Counted from the first letter of the stretch, positions 27,849-38,377 are shown. The stretch is DNA of 64,000 nucleotides from Terriglobales bacterium (GCA_049589875.1 JBAWBR010000045.1:743-64742); one strand, 5' to 3'. The notes: generated by a model not told the origin, from the letters alone. Numbers and translations: made by a program.

Positions 27849-28127
27849 TCAACGCACCTGTTTTCTCTCCAGCGTGATCGGCCGCGCGCTCCGCGGAGGA
27901 CGCTTGGCTTCCGAACGCAAGGGGCGAACATCGATCTTGAGCTCGTCCATAGTCCGGCTGAGGGTGTTGCGGTGCATGCCCAGTTCGCGCGCCGTCTTGC
28001 ACTGATTGCCGCGGTTTTCCTCGAGCACAGTAACAATAAAGCGCTTTTTAAATTCCCGGACGGCCTCGGAATAAAGAATATTGCTCTTGTACATCTGAAG
28101 GATGAGCGCTTCCAACTGGTCTCTCAC
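27849..28127 (-). CDS. Fis-type helix-turn-helix (HTH_8) small DNA-binding protein
   Basis: FIVTVLEENRGNQCKTARELGMHRNTLSRTMDELKI matches the Fis/NtrC C-terminal HTH pattern. Confidence 0.75.
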   Translation of the reverse strand: MRDQLEALILQMYKSNILYSEAVREFKKRFIVTVLEENRGNQCKTARELGMHRNTLSRTMDELKIDVRPLRSEAKRPPRSARPITLERKQVR

Positions 28128-28211
28128 TGCCGCCTCGTTTCCGCACCTTCAACCTGGAAAACCTGCAGGCGGGGATTACGGGCAGCGCGCCGCCAGCTTG
28201 AACAATACTGC

Positions 28212-28733
28212 CTATTTCGCCGGCGGCATATGCCGCATGTAATCCAGCCCCTGGTAGAAGCGTTGGCGCAATTCCGACGGTGCGAGCCAGATCGCAGCCC
28301 TTCCGCCTACCAGGAAGTAGGGAGCCATTTGAGACTCACCCAGCCATCGTGCGGCGGGAGCGAAAGCGGTCATGGCGGTAAGAACAATCGCAACCACCAG
28401 CGCTCCTCGCAACAAGCCCAGAACAGCTCCCAGAATTCGATCAATCGTGCTAAGCCCGGCCTTCTTCATCGTCCAGCGCGCGAGCCGTCCCGCAAAACCG
28501 GCTACAACCAGCACCGCGAGAAAAATGATAAGGAAAGCGGCAATCTCTCCAACCCATGGCGACTTCAAATGAGGCGCGAACCACTCCGCCAGGCGCTGAT
28601 ACTGCCAGGCAGCCAGCAAATAACCGGCGACGAGGCCAGCCAACTGAAAGGCTTCGTGAAAAAAGCCCTCCATGGCCGCCCCGACGACGGAAAAAGTCAG
28701 GAATGCCAGGATGATCCAGTCCGCAACGCTCAT
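28212..28733 (-). CDS. cvpA: CvpA-family membrane protein
   Basis: It has four TM segments and starts with DWIILAFLTFSVVGAAMEGFFHE, which is typical of CvpA. It lies next to a purine biosynthesis gene. Confidence 0.8.
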   Translation of the reverse strand: MSVADWIILAFLTFSVVGAAMEGFFHEAFQLAGLVAGYLLAAWQYQRLAEWFAPHLKSPWVGEIAAFLIIFLAVLVVAGFAGRLARWTMKKAGLSTIDRILGAVLGLLRGALVVAIVLTAMTAFAPAARWLGESQMAPYFLVGGRAAIWLAPSELRQRFYQGLDYMRHMPPAK

Positions 28734-28763
28734 AAAAAATTGCCTTGAAGCGAGTGCAGCAGC

Positions 28764-29675
28764 CTAGATCTCCAACTCGCGTCCCGTCAACTGACGATAC
28801 GCCTCGAGGTACTTTTCGCTTGTCCGCTTCGCAACCTCTTGGGGGAGGGCAGGCGCGGGCGGTTGTTTGTTCCAGCGGATTTCTTCGAGGTAGTCCCTTA
28901 CATACTGCTTGTCATACGAATTCTGCGCCTTGCCCGGCGCATACGTGTCGGCCGGCCAGAAGCGCGAAGAATCCGGTGTGAGCACCTCATCCGCCAGCGT
29001 GATTCCCTGAGCGGTGAGGCCAAATTCAAACTTGGTGTCGGCGATCAGAATGCCGCGCTGCTTCGCGTGGTCGGCGGCCTTCTTGTAGATGCGCAGCGTC
29101 AAATCGCGCAACTGCTCGCTTAATTTCGGATCCACCAGCTTGCACATCTCTTCGAAAGAAATGTTGATGTCGTGCCCGGTAGTCTCCTTGGTCGCGGGCG
29201 TGAAAATCGGCTCTGGGAGCTGATCCGACTCCTTCAACCCAGCCGGCAACTTAATCCCGCACACCGTGCCGCTGGCTTTGTATTCCTTCCAGCCCGAGCC
29301 CGAGAGATAGCCGCGCGCCACGCATTCCACGGGAAACATCTGCGCGCGCATCACGATCATCGAACGGCCGCGCAGGTCGCCTGCGTGTTTGCGCGCCGCC
29401 TCGGGATACTGATTCACATTCGCTGTGACGAAATGGTTGGGCACGATGTCCTTGAGGAACTCGAACCAGAACAGGGACATTTGCGTCAGCACGCGGCCCT
29501 TGTGCGGAATCCCCGTGGCCAGCACATAATCGAACGCGGAAATGCGGTCGGTGGCCACGAAGAGCAGATGGTCGGCGTCGAGACTGTAGACGTCGCGTAC
29601 CTTGCCGCTGGCGTGCAGCTCAAGGTCGGAATAGCCTGTTTCCAGAAGAACGTGATCTAAGGTATGGGAGCTCAT
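28764..29675 (-). CDS. purC: Phosphoribosylaminoimidazole-succinocarboxamide synthase (SAICAR synthetase)
   Basis: GKVRDVY...LLFVATDRISAFD...KGRVLTQMS.FWF...ILIADTKFEFG are long-form PurC motifs. Confidence 0.95.
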   Translation of the reverse strand: MSSHTLDHVLLETGYSDLELHASGKVRDVYSLDADHLLFVATDRISAFDYVLATGIPHKGRVLTQMSLFWFEFLKDIVPNHFVTANVNQYPEAARKHAGDLRGRSMIVMRAQMFPVECVARGYLSGSGWKEYKASGTVCGIKLPAGLKESDQLPEPIFTPATKETTGHDINISFEEMCKLVDPKLSEQLRDLTLRIYKKAADHAKQRGILIADTKFEFGLTAQGITLADEVLTPDSSRFWPADTYAPGKAQNSYDKQYVRDYLEEIRWNKQPPAPALPQEVAKRTSEKYLEAYRQLTGRELEI

Positions 29676-29707
29676 TCAGTAATTTTACCGGGAGAAAACT
29701 GTCGGGT

Positions 29708-29735
29708 ATTCTAGCCGCCGTAAAAAATTTGTCAA
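29708..29735 (-). promoter_or_regulatory. Sigma70-like promoter candidate for purC
   Basis: On the minus strand this reads TTGACA (29735-30), 16 nt, TAGAAT (29713-08). It lies ~30 nt upstream of the purC ATG. The consensus match is by eye only. Confidence 0.35.
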
Positions 29736-29975
29736 CGCCTTCCATCACGAACCCGTGGCCGCGCCTCACACCGTCGAAAGGAAAACGGTTGACACTTTTA
29801 TTCTATGCGAGAAGCCGCGCCCAGAGCCGATTCTAACGGCTTAGTCATGTGGAAAAATCTGAGGAAGGCTCTGGAAAAAATAACCATGAATTTTTCGCCC
29901 GCAAACGCAGAAGACGGACTATGTGTCAACGGGCGATTCTTTTTATGGCCATGCCTCAGGAGCGATCGCAAACCC

Positions 29976-30260
29976 TCAAAATGCGCTGGGCCATTTGCGG
30001 GCGGCGTGGAAAAAGCGAATTACCTGCACGATATCGCCGCGCACGCGGTAGGGAACGATGTACGGTGTTCCCGGGATCACCAACTCGCGGGTGCCCGGTA
30101 TCCGGCCGGGGCGACCAAGAGAGGGAAAACGTTCCAGGGCTTCGATTGCTTTCACGATCGCGGCCACGCTTATGGCGGCTGCATGGGGATTGTCCCTGTT
30201 TATATATTCGGACACCGCGATCAGGTTCCCGCGTGCCGCTTGCAGCCACTTAACGCGCAC
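29976..30260 (-). CDS. Type II toxin, RelE/ParE family
   Basis: WLQAARGNLIAVSEYINRDNPHAAAISVAAIVKAIEALERFPSLGRPGRIPGTRELVIPGTPYIVPYRVRGDIVQVIRFFHAARKWP shows the ParE-like pattern. It overlaps the upstream antitoxin gene by 11 nt. Confidence 0.85.
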   Translation of the reverse strand: MRVKWLQAARGNLIAVSEYINRDNPHAAAISVAAIVKAIEALERFPSLGRPGRIPGTRELVIPGTPYIVPYRVRGDIVQVIRFFHAARKWPSAF

Positions 30261-30498
30261 GTCGTGTCAAGCGCCTGATTGTCTTCTGTACTTCCTCGTC
30301 AGTGGCGAATTTGCCAGCGTCGGCTTCGAGCAAGCCTTTCTTGATTTCACTCACCTGCCATTCGTTCACGCTTACGAACTCCTGGATTGCTTGCGCGGCA
30401 ACGAAGGACCGGCTGCGGTTCATCGACTTGGACAATCGATCGAGCCGACTCTTCAGTTTGGCATCGAGGCGAAGGGTGAGGACTGTTGACTCAGCCAT
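30250..30498 (-). CDS. Type II antitoxin, ribbon-helix-helix (CopG/ParD-like)
   Basis: LTLRLDAKLKSRLDRLSKSMNRSRSFVAAQAIQEFV has the RHH strand-helix-helix pattern. I set the start at ATG 30498. Confidence 0.8.
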   Translation of the reverse strand: MAESTVLTLRLDAKLKSRLDRLSKSMNRSRSFVAAQAIQEFVSVNEWQVSEIKKGLLEADAGKFATDEEVQKTIRRLTRRAR

Positions 30499-30601
30499 AA
30501 TGTACACATTATACATCGCTTGTACACACGACCGTCCACTTACAGAGTTGCCCGGTAGCGGGACGGGGGACCCGTCTAAACATTGGACGTGGCAGCGCCT
30601 T

Positions 30602-33600
30602 CTACGCCGCCCCGAACCTCACCGACACCAGCTTCGAGATCCCCGGCTCCTGCATGGTTACGCCATAGAGCACGGGTGCGATGCTCATCGTCCGCTTGCT
30701 GTGCGTAATCAGGATGAACTGCGTTTGCAGGCTCATTTCGCGCACCAGTTCGGTGAAGCGGCCAATGTTCGCTTCATCCAGCGGCGCGTCGACTTCGTCG
30801 AGAATGCAGAACGGACTCGGCGTGTACTGGAAAATCCCAACCAGCAGCGCGAGCGCCGTGAGCGCCTTTTCGCCGCCCGAGAGCAGCAGCACATTTTGCA
30901 ACTTCTTGCCGGGAGGCGAAACCACCAGATCAATACCGCTCTCCGCGCTGTTTTCAAGATCGGTGAGGCGCATGAACGCATTGCCACCGGCAAACAGTTT
31001 CTGGAATGTTCCCTGGAAGTTTTCGTTGATCTTGTGAAACGCTTCCTCGAATTTCTGCCGCGAAACCTGATCGATTTCCTTGATCGTCGCAGTGGTGTTT
31101 TCGATGGCGTCAAGCAGGTCTTTACGCTGGGTCAGCAGGAATTGATGACGCTCCGCAGTCTCTTTATATTCTTCGAGCGCCATCATGTTAACAGGCCCCA
31201 TCGCGTCAAGGCGCGCGCGCATCTCGCGATGGCTCTGATCCTCCGCGGCAAGTTCTTCGCCCGCCAGCGGAACGATGGTGGTGTCGGCCATGAGCACAGG
31301 CCGATCGACGCCAAGCTCGTTGAGGCAAGTATCGCCCATGTACTGAAGATCCGATTCCAGTTTGGCTGCCTGTGCGGTTAGTTCGCCTCGGCGGTCGCGT
31401 GCCGAATCAAGTTGCTGGCGCGTGCTTCGCAGCAGTTCTTCGATCTCTGCCTGCCGCGCTCGCAGCTGTTCGAGCTCGCATTGCAGCAGGCCATCGCGCG
31501 CTTCGGCGGCATTGCGCTCGGCTTCGTATTGCACCAGTTGTTCGGCGAGTTGGAAATTTTCCTCCTGCCGCCGGGCGATTTCGGCCGTCGCGGATTCCAT
31601 CTGTGTCTGCAGGGCTGCGGCCCGTTCGCGCATCTCGGCGACCACGGTCTGCACACGTTGAAGCAAGGCGGTCGCTGAACGATGCCGCTCCTCCAGCGTG
31701 GCTACTCGAGCAGCGCGCTGTGAAGCCGTCTCCGCAGCTTGATCGCGCTGGCTGCGCAATGCGGCAAGTTGATCTTGCCCGGCGGCGAGCCGCGCTTCAA
31801 ACTTTGCCCGCGACTCTTCCATGGAAGCAAGTTCGGTCTGGCGAGCGGCGATTAACGCCTCCTGCTCACCGCGTTCGGAAGCCAACCGCTGCAACTCGCG
31901 GCCAATTACCTCGATGCGCTCGCGCACACGCGACATCTCATCTTCCAGCTGCCGCAGCAAATGTCCCGATGTCATTGCCTGTTTTTCTGCTTCGCGTTTC
32001 TCTTCTTCAAGCCGGTCGAGCAGGGAAGTGTTGTCCCGAATCTCGCGTCCCAGCGTGAGCAAGGAAATTTCCTTCTCCCGCAGCGCCTTTTCCATCTCTT
32101 CGAGCAATCGCAGCACGTCGCGCAGCTCGCGCTTCATGGAGAGTGGACCCTCGCTGCGCTGTTTGCCGCCGGTAACAGTCACGTTGTGAAAGCACTCGCC
32201 CGATTGCGAGAGAAAAAATGCGTCCGGGCTGGAGAGCGCGAGATTGCGGCCCACCGCCGCATCCGTCACGATGTAACCGTTGCCGAGTTTCGGCAGAATC
32301 ACTTCCAGTGACTTGCCGAATCCGTTCAATACGCGAATCGATTTCTTCAGCGGCAGGACCGAGTCGTCGGCGGGCGCGTAGTGCGCGCTCTCATCGGCGA
32401 CAAATGAAAATTTCGCCTGCGAATCTTCCGGATGCACAAGGAACGTCGCGCGGCCATCGACATCCGAGCGCAGCAGTCGCAGCCCTTCATCGGCGGCGTC
32501 CCAGCTCTTCACCACGATGTAGTTGAGTTCATCGCGGAGAAAATCTTCGACCACGCGTTCGTAGCGTGGATCGACTTCCAGAAAGTCGGCCAGCACTCCC
32601 GCGGGAGCGTGTCCACCCTGCAGCGCGCCCGACTGAAACAGCCGCCGCACGGATTCGGTCGAATATCCATGCTCGGCGATTACGGCTTCAAGCGAACCCT
32701 TTTTCCCCAGCGCCGTCGCATATTCCGAGCGAATCGAATCGAGATGCTTTTTTGTGTCCCGCTCTTCGTTGCGCTTACTCTCAAGATTGGCGCGGAGCAT
32801 GGAGATTTCGGTTGTGAGCGCACTCACGCGCTGTGAAACAGTTTCAAATTCCAGCGCCAGTTGGCCGCGTTGCCCGCCGAAGGTTTCCGATTGCGTGGTC
32901 GCGCCTCCAATTTCCATACGAAGCCGCTGCTCTTCGCGGTCCATACCCGCCAGCCGCTCCTGCGACTGCGTCAGCTGATTGCGCAGATGCGAAGCCTGCC
33001 CTACGGCCTGAAGAATGGCGGCGCGGCAGGATTCCTGTCCTTGTTCGAGCGCCGCCAATTCTGTCGCCGCTCCCGCTGCTTCCTGCTGACTGACCGCGAG
33101 CTCCTGCTGAGCGGCGGCCAGATCCGTGGCTGCGGAATCAAGCAAACGCTGGTGTTCGGCTAATTCGTCTTCCAGCGCGGCCAGTCGTTGATTAACCTGC
33201 GCCAGCTCCGCATCGGATGAAGCGACGCGCATCAGCAATTCCGCGCAACGTTCTTCATTGGTCTTGATGCGAGCTTTCCCGCGATCGGTCTCCATCGCGA
33301 TCTGGCTCAGACGGTCGCGATTCTCGCGCGTCTCAGTTTCAATCGCATAACCTCGCTGCGTGCCCTCGGAGTGTTCCGTCTCGCCTCGCTGCACAGACTC
33401 GGTCAATTCACGAATCTGGTCACCCAGTTGCTGAAGTTGCGAATCAAGCGAAATACGCTCCGCGTCCATCAGCGCAAACTTGCTGGCGAGCACAACGCGC
33501 AGTTTTGCGCGCATCTCGTCGCGGAGACGGCCGTAGCGCTCGGCCTTGCTGGCCTGCCGTTTGAGCGAGTTCATCTGGCGGGTGACTTCTTCAAAAATAT

Positions 33601-34609
33601 CGTTCACGCGATTCAGATTTTGTTTCGCTTCTTCCAGGCGCGCTTCCGCCAGGCGCTTCTTGGTTTTGAACCGCGTGACTCCGGCAGCTTCTTCAATGAT
33701 GTTGCGGCGATCGGTGGGACGGCTGCTAAGAATTTGTCCGATGCGTCCCTGCTCGATCAGCGCATAGGATTCCGGCCCAAGACCTGTGCCCATAAACAGC
33801 TCTTGAATATCGCGCAGGCGGCAAAGTTTGCCATTCAACAGATATTCGCTGTCTCCGCTGCGAAACAGGCGGCGGGTGACCGCGATTTCGCCGGCATGCG
33901 CCGGCTGCTGATTAAACTTACGGCGTCGAATCTTCAACACGACCTGCGGCACCTGAACTGATACAAGCCGCGGACCTGACGAATGCGCCGACGCATCGGC
34001 TGACCCGGTTTGTGTGAGTGCGTTATTTGCTTGTCCGCCCGAGGCTGCGTTGTCTTGCCCTGAGATGTCTTGCGCTGAGATGTCCTGCACTGAGCCGTCC
34101 TGCGCTGATCCGTCTTGCACTGCGCCATTCAGTCCGTCCGCGCCCGTGCTGGCAGAATCAATTGCGCGTGCCGCCTCGGTCAGCACTTCTTCCGTCTTTC
34201 CAGGCTGCGCTTCTTCCACCGCGAGCTCGGTTTCTGCCGCAGCTTGAGCGCGCAATTCGGCTTCGTCCCAGTTTTCGTCCGCCAGGTCGTCTTGAATCTC
34301 AATTTCGGTCGGTGCGTTTGAATCCGCGCCTCCGTAGACTTCCGGATCGATCAGCGTCAGTGTGACTTCCGCCATGCCCGTGGGATTGCGGTCGCGCGTG
34401 CCGGCAAAGATGACGTCTTCCATGCGCGATCCCCGCAAAGTCTTGGCCGATTGTTCGCCCAGCACCCAGGAAATGGCATCGGCAATATTCGATTTGCCGC
34501 AGCCGTTGGGGCCGATAATGGCGGCGATCCCTTCCCCGTGAAACTTCAGCTCGGTGCGATCGCAAAACGACTTGAATCCCAGAATTTGCAGTTTCTTGAG
34601 TTTTAGCAA
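30602..34609 (-). CDS. smc: Chromosome segregation protein SMC
   Basis: The Walker A head reads LKKLQILGFKSF...GPNGCGKSNIADAISWVLGEQS. Long coiled coils flank the hinge. The C-terminal head has LSGGEKALTALALL and ILDEVDAPLD. TTG 34609 follows AAGGAG with a 5-nt spacer, and the ORF-track GTG 34615 lies inside that SD. Confidence 0.95.
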   Translation of the reverse strand: MLKLKKLQILGFKSFCDRTELKFHGEGIAAIIGPNGCGKSNIADAISWVLGEQSAKTLRGSRMEDVIFAGTRDRNPTGMAEVTLTLIDPEVYGGADSNAPTEIEIQDDLADENWDEAELRAQAAAETELAVEEAQPGKTEEVLTEAARAIDSASTGADGLNGAVQDGSAQDGSVQDISAQDISGQDNAASGGQANNALTQTGSADASAHSSGPRLVSVQVPQVVLKIRRRKFNQQPAHAGEIAVTRRLFRSGDSEYLLNGKLCRLRDIQELFMGTGLGPESYALIEQGRIGQILSSRPTDRRNIIEEAAGVTRFKTKKRLAEARLEEAKQNLNRVNDIFEEVTRQMNSLKRQASKAERYGRLRDEMRAKLRVVLASKFALMDAERISLDSQLQQLGDQIRELTESVQRGETEHSEGTQRGYAIETETRENRDRLSQIAMETDRGKARIKTNEERCAELLMRVASSDAELAQVNQRLAALEDELAEHQRLLDSAATDLAAAQQELAVSQQEAAGAATELAALEQGQESCRAAILQAVGQASHLRNQLTQSQERLAGMDREEQRLRMEIGGATTQSETFGGQRGQLALEFETVSQRVSALTTEISMLRANLESKRNEERDTKKHLDSIRSEYATALGKKGSLEAVIAEHGYSTESVRRLFQSGALQGGHAPAGVLADFLEVDPRYERVVEDFLRDELNYIVVKSWDAADEGLRLLRSDVDGRATFLVHPEDSQAKFSFVADESAHYAPADDSVLPLKKSIRVLNGFGKSLEVILPKLGNGYIVTDAAVGRNLALSSPDAFFLSQSGECFHNVTVTGGKQRSEGPLSMKRELRDVLRLLEEMEKALREKEISLLTLGREIRDNTSLLDRLEEEKREAEKQAMTSGHLLRQLEDEMSRVRERIEVIGRELQRLASERGEQEALIAARQTELASMEESRAKFEARLAAGQDQLAALRSQRDQAAETASQRAARVATLEERHRSATALLQRVQTVVAEMRERAAALQTQMESATAEIARRQEENFQLAEQLVQYEAERNAAEARDGLLQCELEQLRARQAEIEELLRSTRQQLDSARDRRGELTAQAAKLESDLQYMGDTCLNELGVDRPVLMADTTIVPLAGEELAAEDQSHREMRARLDAMGPVNMMALEEYKETAERHQFLLTQRKDLLDAIENTTATIKEIDQVSRQKFEEAFHKINENFQGTFQKLFAGGNAFMRLTDLENSAESGIDLVVSPPGKKLQNVLLLSGGEKALTALALLVGIFQYTPSPFCILDEVDAPLDEANIGRFTELVREMSLQTQFILITHSKRTMSIAPVLYGVTMQEPGISKLVSVRFGAA

Positions 34610-35148
34610 AGTCACTCCTTCGGGTAATGCTCATCTCTTCGGCGCCGGCATTTCTACCGGTATGCGTGTCAGCACGGAATCGACTCCGCGTACGCTTTGG
34701 CTGGGTCTGCAAATCCGCCGCTCGGCTTGGCCGGAATCACTAGCGACTCGCCGCCAATGTTCATCCGCCAATGTTTACTGCCAAGGTTCCTCTGCGGCCG
34801 ATTGCTGGGGCACGATCCGCCAAAACGGAATTTCGCACCTCAGCGTTGACCCACTTTAACGGTGAATGAGGGGATGGGTCAAGTAGTAAAACACCACATA
34901 TTGGGGTCCCATCCCGACCACCGCCGTCCATTGCACAGGGAGTGCAGCAATTCTGCGCAAATCTCGATAAGAATTAGGAGGGTAGGAGACCGCGAGAGCT
35001 TCAACTACTCTAGCGCCGGCTGTGAGCGGATGCAATCCTCACTTGTACCGATTTACAGGGTTGGGCTTAGAAAAGGGGGGTAGATGCAGGCCCTCAGGCG
35101 ATCAGCTTGACTCCTGCAGGCTAACGGCGCGACTGCAATGGAGAGCCG

Positions 35149-35487
35149 CTAGAATCCGCTTGCCGCTGTTGCAACCGTGGGATGGATCTCGATGACTTTA
35201 TCGATGCTCGTAAGTTTCAATACCTCTTCAACATGACCCTGTGCGCAGACCCGCATATTTCCGCCGGCCTGCTTCAGCTTGCCGGCACACATCACAATGA
35301 TGCCAATGCCGGTACTGTCAATGTGGCTGACGCCGGTGAGATCGAAGACGACTTTCTTCTTATTTTCGCGCACCAGGGTTTCAGTGGACCACTCCAATTC
35401 CTTGCACTCTCTGCCCATCGTGATCTTCCCGGCAACTTCCAGAACAACGATGTCCGGCTCGATATTCCTGGTCTGAAGCGTCAGCAT
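35149..35487 (-). CDS. STAS-domain anti-sigma-factor antagonist
   Basis: IVVLEVAGKITMGRECKELE...VVFDLTGVSHIDSTGIGIIVMCAGKLKQAGGNMRV shows the SpoIIAA/RsbV pattern, including the phosphorylatable-Ser context DSTG. Confidence 0.8.
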   Translation of the reverse strand: MLTLQTRNIEPDIVVLEVAGKITMGRECKELEWSTETLVRENKKKVVFDLTGVSHIDSTGIGIIVMCAGKLKQAGGNMRVCAQGHVEEVLKLTSIDKVIEIHPTVATAASGF

Positions 35488-35518
35488 ACGATGGTCCTTT
35501 CGATCTTTCGAAACACGA

Positions 35519-38377
35519 TTAGCGGAACCCGCTGAACATGACTACATCCGTGTCGGCATAACGGGCGCGAGTGATGGCGAATTTTTTCCCGTCACGCGAC
35601 CAGGCATAGGCGACGACGACGGCCGGCTCGGAATCAAAGTGAGTCAACTGCACGCGTGGGCCGCCAGCAAGAGGTTGTACGTATACGTTTGTGGTATTGC
35701 CAGTCGTATTCGCCACGTAACTAAGCGCTCGCCCATCGGGTGTCCATTTAAGATTGGACCAGTTGTATTCGGACGTCACATCGATTTCCTGGACGGTAGC
35801 ACCGCCCTCCAGTTTCTGGACCACGAACTTCGATTTTGCATTCGCTCCCTGTCCTTCGATCCTCCCATAGGCCACCAGCGTGCCGTCGGGAGAAACAGCC
35901 GGCCATGAAACGTTTCCGCGAGCGAGTTCCGCCGCCGGACCGCCCTCGGTTGAAACTTTGAAAATGTGGACAACGCTATCGCTGGCGACGTATGCCTCAT
36001 AAACCACCCATTTGCCATCGGGCGAGCATGCGGGGTTGAATTCGACCTTGCCGGAAGAAAGTGGCTTCAACTCTCCCGTGGCGGCGTTCAGCCGCCATAA
36101 TTGCTGTACGTTGTCTTCGGTCAGTATGGGGACGGCGACCAGGTCACCGGAGCCGCAAGCGGCAACGCCGGCAACAAAAGGACTATTCGCCAGGAGCGGG
36201 ACCCTGTTGGAGCCGTCAGCAGCGGTAACGTAGGCATGGTTCGTGGAATCCGTTTGCAAAAGCTTGCCCGCCGCCGTCCAAGCCAGAGTGTAGCCGGTAG
36301 CTTGCTCGGTTGAGATCGGCGTGAACTTCCAATCGATTTTGTCGTCCAACACGTTCGGCGAATCGCCGACATAGATTGTTGCTTGCTGGTGCTGCTGCGT
36401 GGTTACAAACGACTTGCCGTCTGCGGTTACGCTGAGAGTGGAATACTGACTCAAGTCGTTACTGATTCTGAATGGCTCACCGGAGGGATAAGGTTGAAAC
36501 CATATCTGGGGCCGCAAGCCCGTCGATCTTTCCGCACCGACAAAGAAAATCCCCGAAGAGTCGGGCAACCATGCGACAGTGTTGATCAGCATGGGAAGAG
36601 GAAAAGTTTTGACAACCTTCCCTTGTGGAGTGAGCACCAGGATGGATCCAAGAGTGGTTTTGCTCAACTCGTATACAGCAATGGCGATAAGGTCGGAAGA
36701 CGACCATGACGGTCCCGTGGAAAAGCCCTTCACTCCCGCCTCATGCTCGAAGATTTTGGTTTCGCCGCTGCCATCCGCATTCGCGACCAGCAAGTCATCT
36801 TCGCCCTTGTCCGTATCGGTTCTGCGGTAGACGATTCGTTTGCCATCGGGAGAGAAACTTGCGTTGCTGAAAACATTGCTCGCGATCTGCCGCGACGATC
36901 CTCCTAGCGCAGGCACCGCATAGAGATTCGTGCTGTTCCCGTTGTTAGGGTCGCCATGCGTGTAATACAGATAATTGCTATCGGGCGTGAATGTCGCGCC
37001 GAAGCCAAAGAAGCCCTTTTGCGGAGGCACGACGGTGACCTCACTTCCCGTGCTTACTTGCTTGACGCGCAGGCTGCGCTCACCCTCACGCCTCCCGTAC
37101 GCCACCAGCCGGCCGTCTGCCGAGATCGTGGCGATACCGATGCATTGGCCATGCTCGGTAAGCGGGCGGATAGTGAGGTTGCGTGTGTCAAGCGCGGGGC
37201 CGCTGTGACCAAAAAATTTGTAGACTCCAAATCCTGCTGCGGCGATGAGCAGCGCAATGACCGCGATCGTCGCAATAAACGCCCCCTTGTGGCGCTGCGC
37301 TTCCGCGATCAATACCGAACTTGAAGACCCCCCGCCCCGCTCCGCAGACGACACTGCAGATTGCGCCATGCCGGATTGTGCCGCGCCGCTTTGCGAGGTC
37401 CCGGCCTGGGCGGCCCCGATGGCGCCAGCCGAAGGACCAGCCATGGAGCTGACGCCGCTCGTCCCGCCTGGGCCGCTCATTAACGGCGTCTCTTCACTCC
37501 TCTGCGGCACGCGGCCCGATTCCGTCTCGCGCTTTAGTCGCTTCAAATCCGCCCGCATGTCGGATGCATGCTGGTAGCGCAGCTCTCGATCCTTCTCCAG
37601 AGCCTTGTTGATGATGTCTTCAAGTTTCGCTGGAACATCGGGATTCAGCCGAACCGGCGCGGCGGGTATTTTGTGAAGAATCGAGTCGAACAGGTCGGCG
37701 GATGAATCGCCCCGGAAGGGAAGCGTTCCGGTTGCCATTTCGTACAAAACGGCTCCGAAAGAGAACAAGTCCGTGCGCGCATCCAACTCCTTGCCCCGCG
37801 CCTGTTCCGGAGACATGTACGCCACCGTTCCCACGGCCGTTCCAGGGCTGGTCAAATGGTCGGACTCAACCGTCGCCTCGGTGACTCCCTGCGAGCTGCT
37901 CCCTCTGGTCGTCACCTTGGCCAATCCAAAATCCAGAATCTTGGCGTGGCCGCGATCGGTCACAAACACATTGGCCGGTTTGATATCCCGGTGAACGATG
38001 CTCTTGGCATGCGCCGCATCGAGCGCGTCGGCGATTTCGATGGCCAGCGAGAGCAACGTGTCGAGGTCCATCGGATGGCTGGCAATTGCGTGCTTCAGCG
38101 TATTGCCATCCAGGAACTCCATCGCGATGAATGCCCGGCCATCCTGCTCGCCGATGTCGTAGATGGTGCAAATGTTGGGATGGTTGAGCGCCGACGCTGC
38201 TTTCGCTTCCCGCCGAAACCGCTCCAACGCCTGATGGTCACGCGCCAACTCTTCGGGCAGGAATTTCAGCGCCACGAAGCGGTCCAGCCGGGTGTCTTCG
38301 GCCTTATAGACCACACCCATCCCGCCGCCTCCGAGTTTCGAGACGATGCGGTAGTGTGAAATGGTCTGGCCGATCAT
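35519..38377 (-). CDS. Ser/Thr protein kinase fused to a TM segment and a TolB-like (PD40/WD40-like) beta-propeller region
   Basis: The Hanks kinase motifs are [25 protein letters not shown] and YMSPEQ. One TM segment ([19 protein letters not shown]) follows, then repeated F.PDG/SPDG propeller blades. I set the start at ATG 38377. Confidence 0.9.
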   Translation of the reverse strand: MIGQTISHYRIVSKLGGGGMGVVYKAEDTRLDRFVALKFLPEELARDHQALERFRREAKAASALNHPNICTIYDIGEQDGRAFIAMEFLDGNTLKHAIASHPMDLDTLLSLAIEIADALDAAHAKSIVHRDIKPANVFVTDRGHAKILDFGLAKVTTRGSSSQGVTEATVESDHLTSPGTAVGTVAYMSPEQARGKELDARTDLFSFGAVLYEMATGTLPFRGDSSADLFDSILHKIPAAPVRLNPDVPAKLEDIINKALEKDRELRYQHASDMRADLKRLKRETESGRVPQRSEETPLMSGPGGTSGVSSMAGPSAGAIGAAQAGTSQSGAAQSGMAQSAVSSAERGGGSSSSVLIAEAQRHKGAFIATIAVIALLIAAAGFGVYKFFGHSGPALDTRNLTIRPLTEHGQCIGIATISADGRLVAYGRREGERSLRVKQVSTGSEVTVVPPQKGFFGFGATFTPDSNYLYYTHGDPNNGNSTNLYAVPALGGSSRQIASNVFSNASFSPDGKRIVYRRTDTDKGEDDLLVANADGSGETKIFEHEAGVKGFSTGPSWSSSDLIAIAVYELSKTTLGSILVLTPQGKVVKTFPLPMLINTVAWLPDSSGIFFVGAERSTGLRPQIWFQPYPSGEPFRISNDLSQYSTLSVTADGKSFVTTQQHQQATIYVGDSPNVLDDKIDWKFTPISTEQATGYTLAWTAAGKLLQTDSTNHAYVTAADGSNRVPLLANSPFVAGVAACGSGDLVAVPILTEDNVQQLWRLNAATGELKPLSSGKVEFNPACSPDGKWVVYEAYVASDSVVHIFKVSTEGGPAAELARGNVSWPAVSPDGTLVAYGRIEGQGANAKSKFVVQKLEGGATVQEIDVTSEYNWSNLKWTPDGRALSYVANTTGNTTNVYVQPLAGGPRVQLTHFDSEPAVVVAYAWSRDGKKFAITRARYADTDVVMFSGFR

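Noticed and set aside
29805-30278. Plus-strand ORFs 29805..30278 and 29849..30253.
   Set aside because: They are antisense to the well-supported ParE toxin gene, and their sequence is Arg/Cys-rich and does not look like protein.
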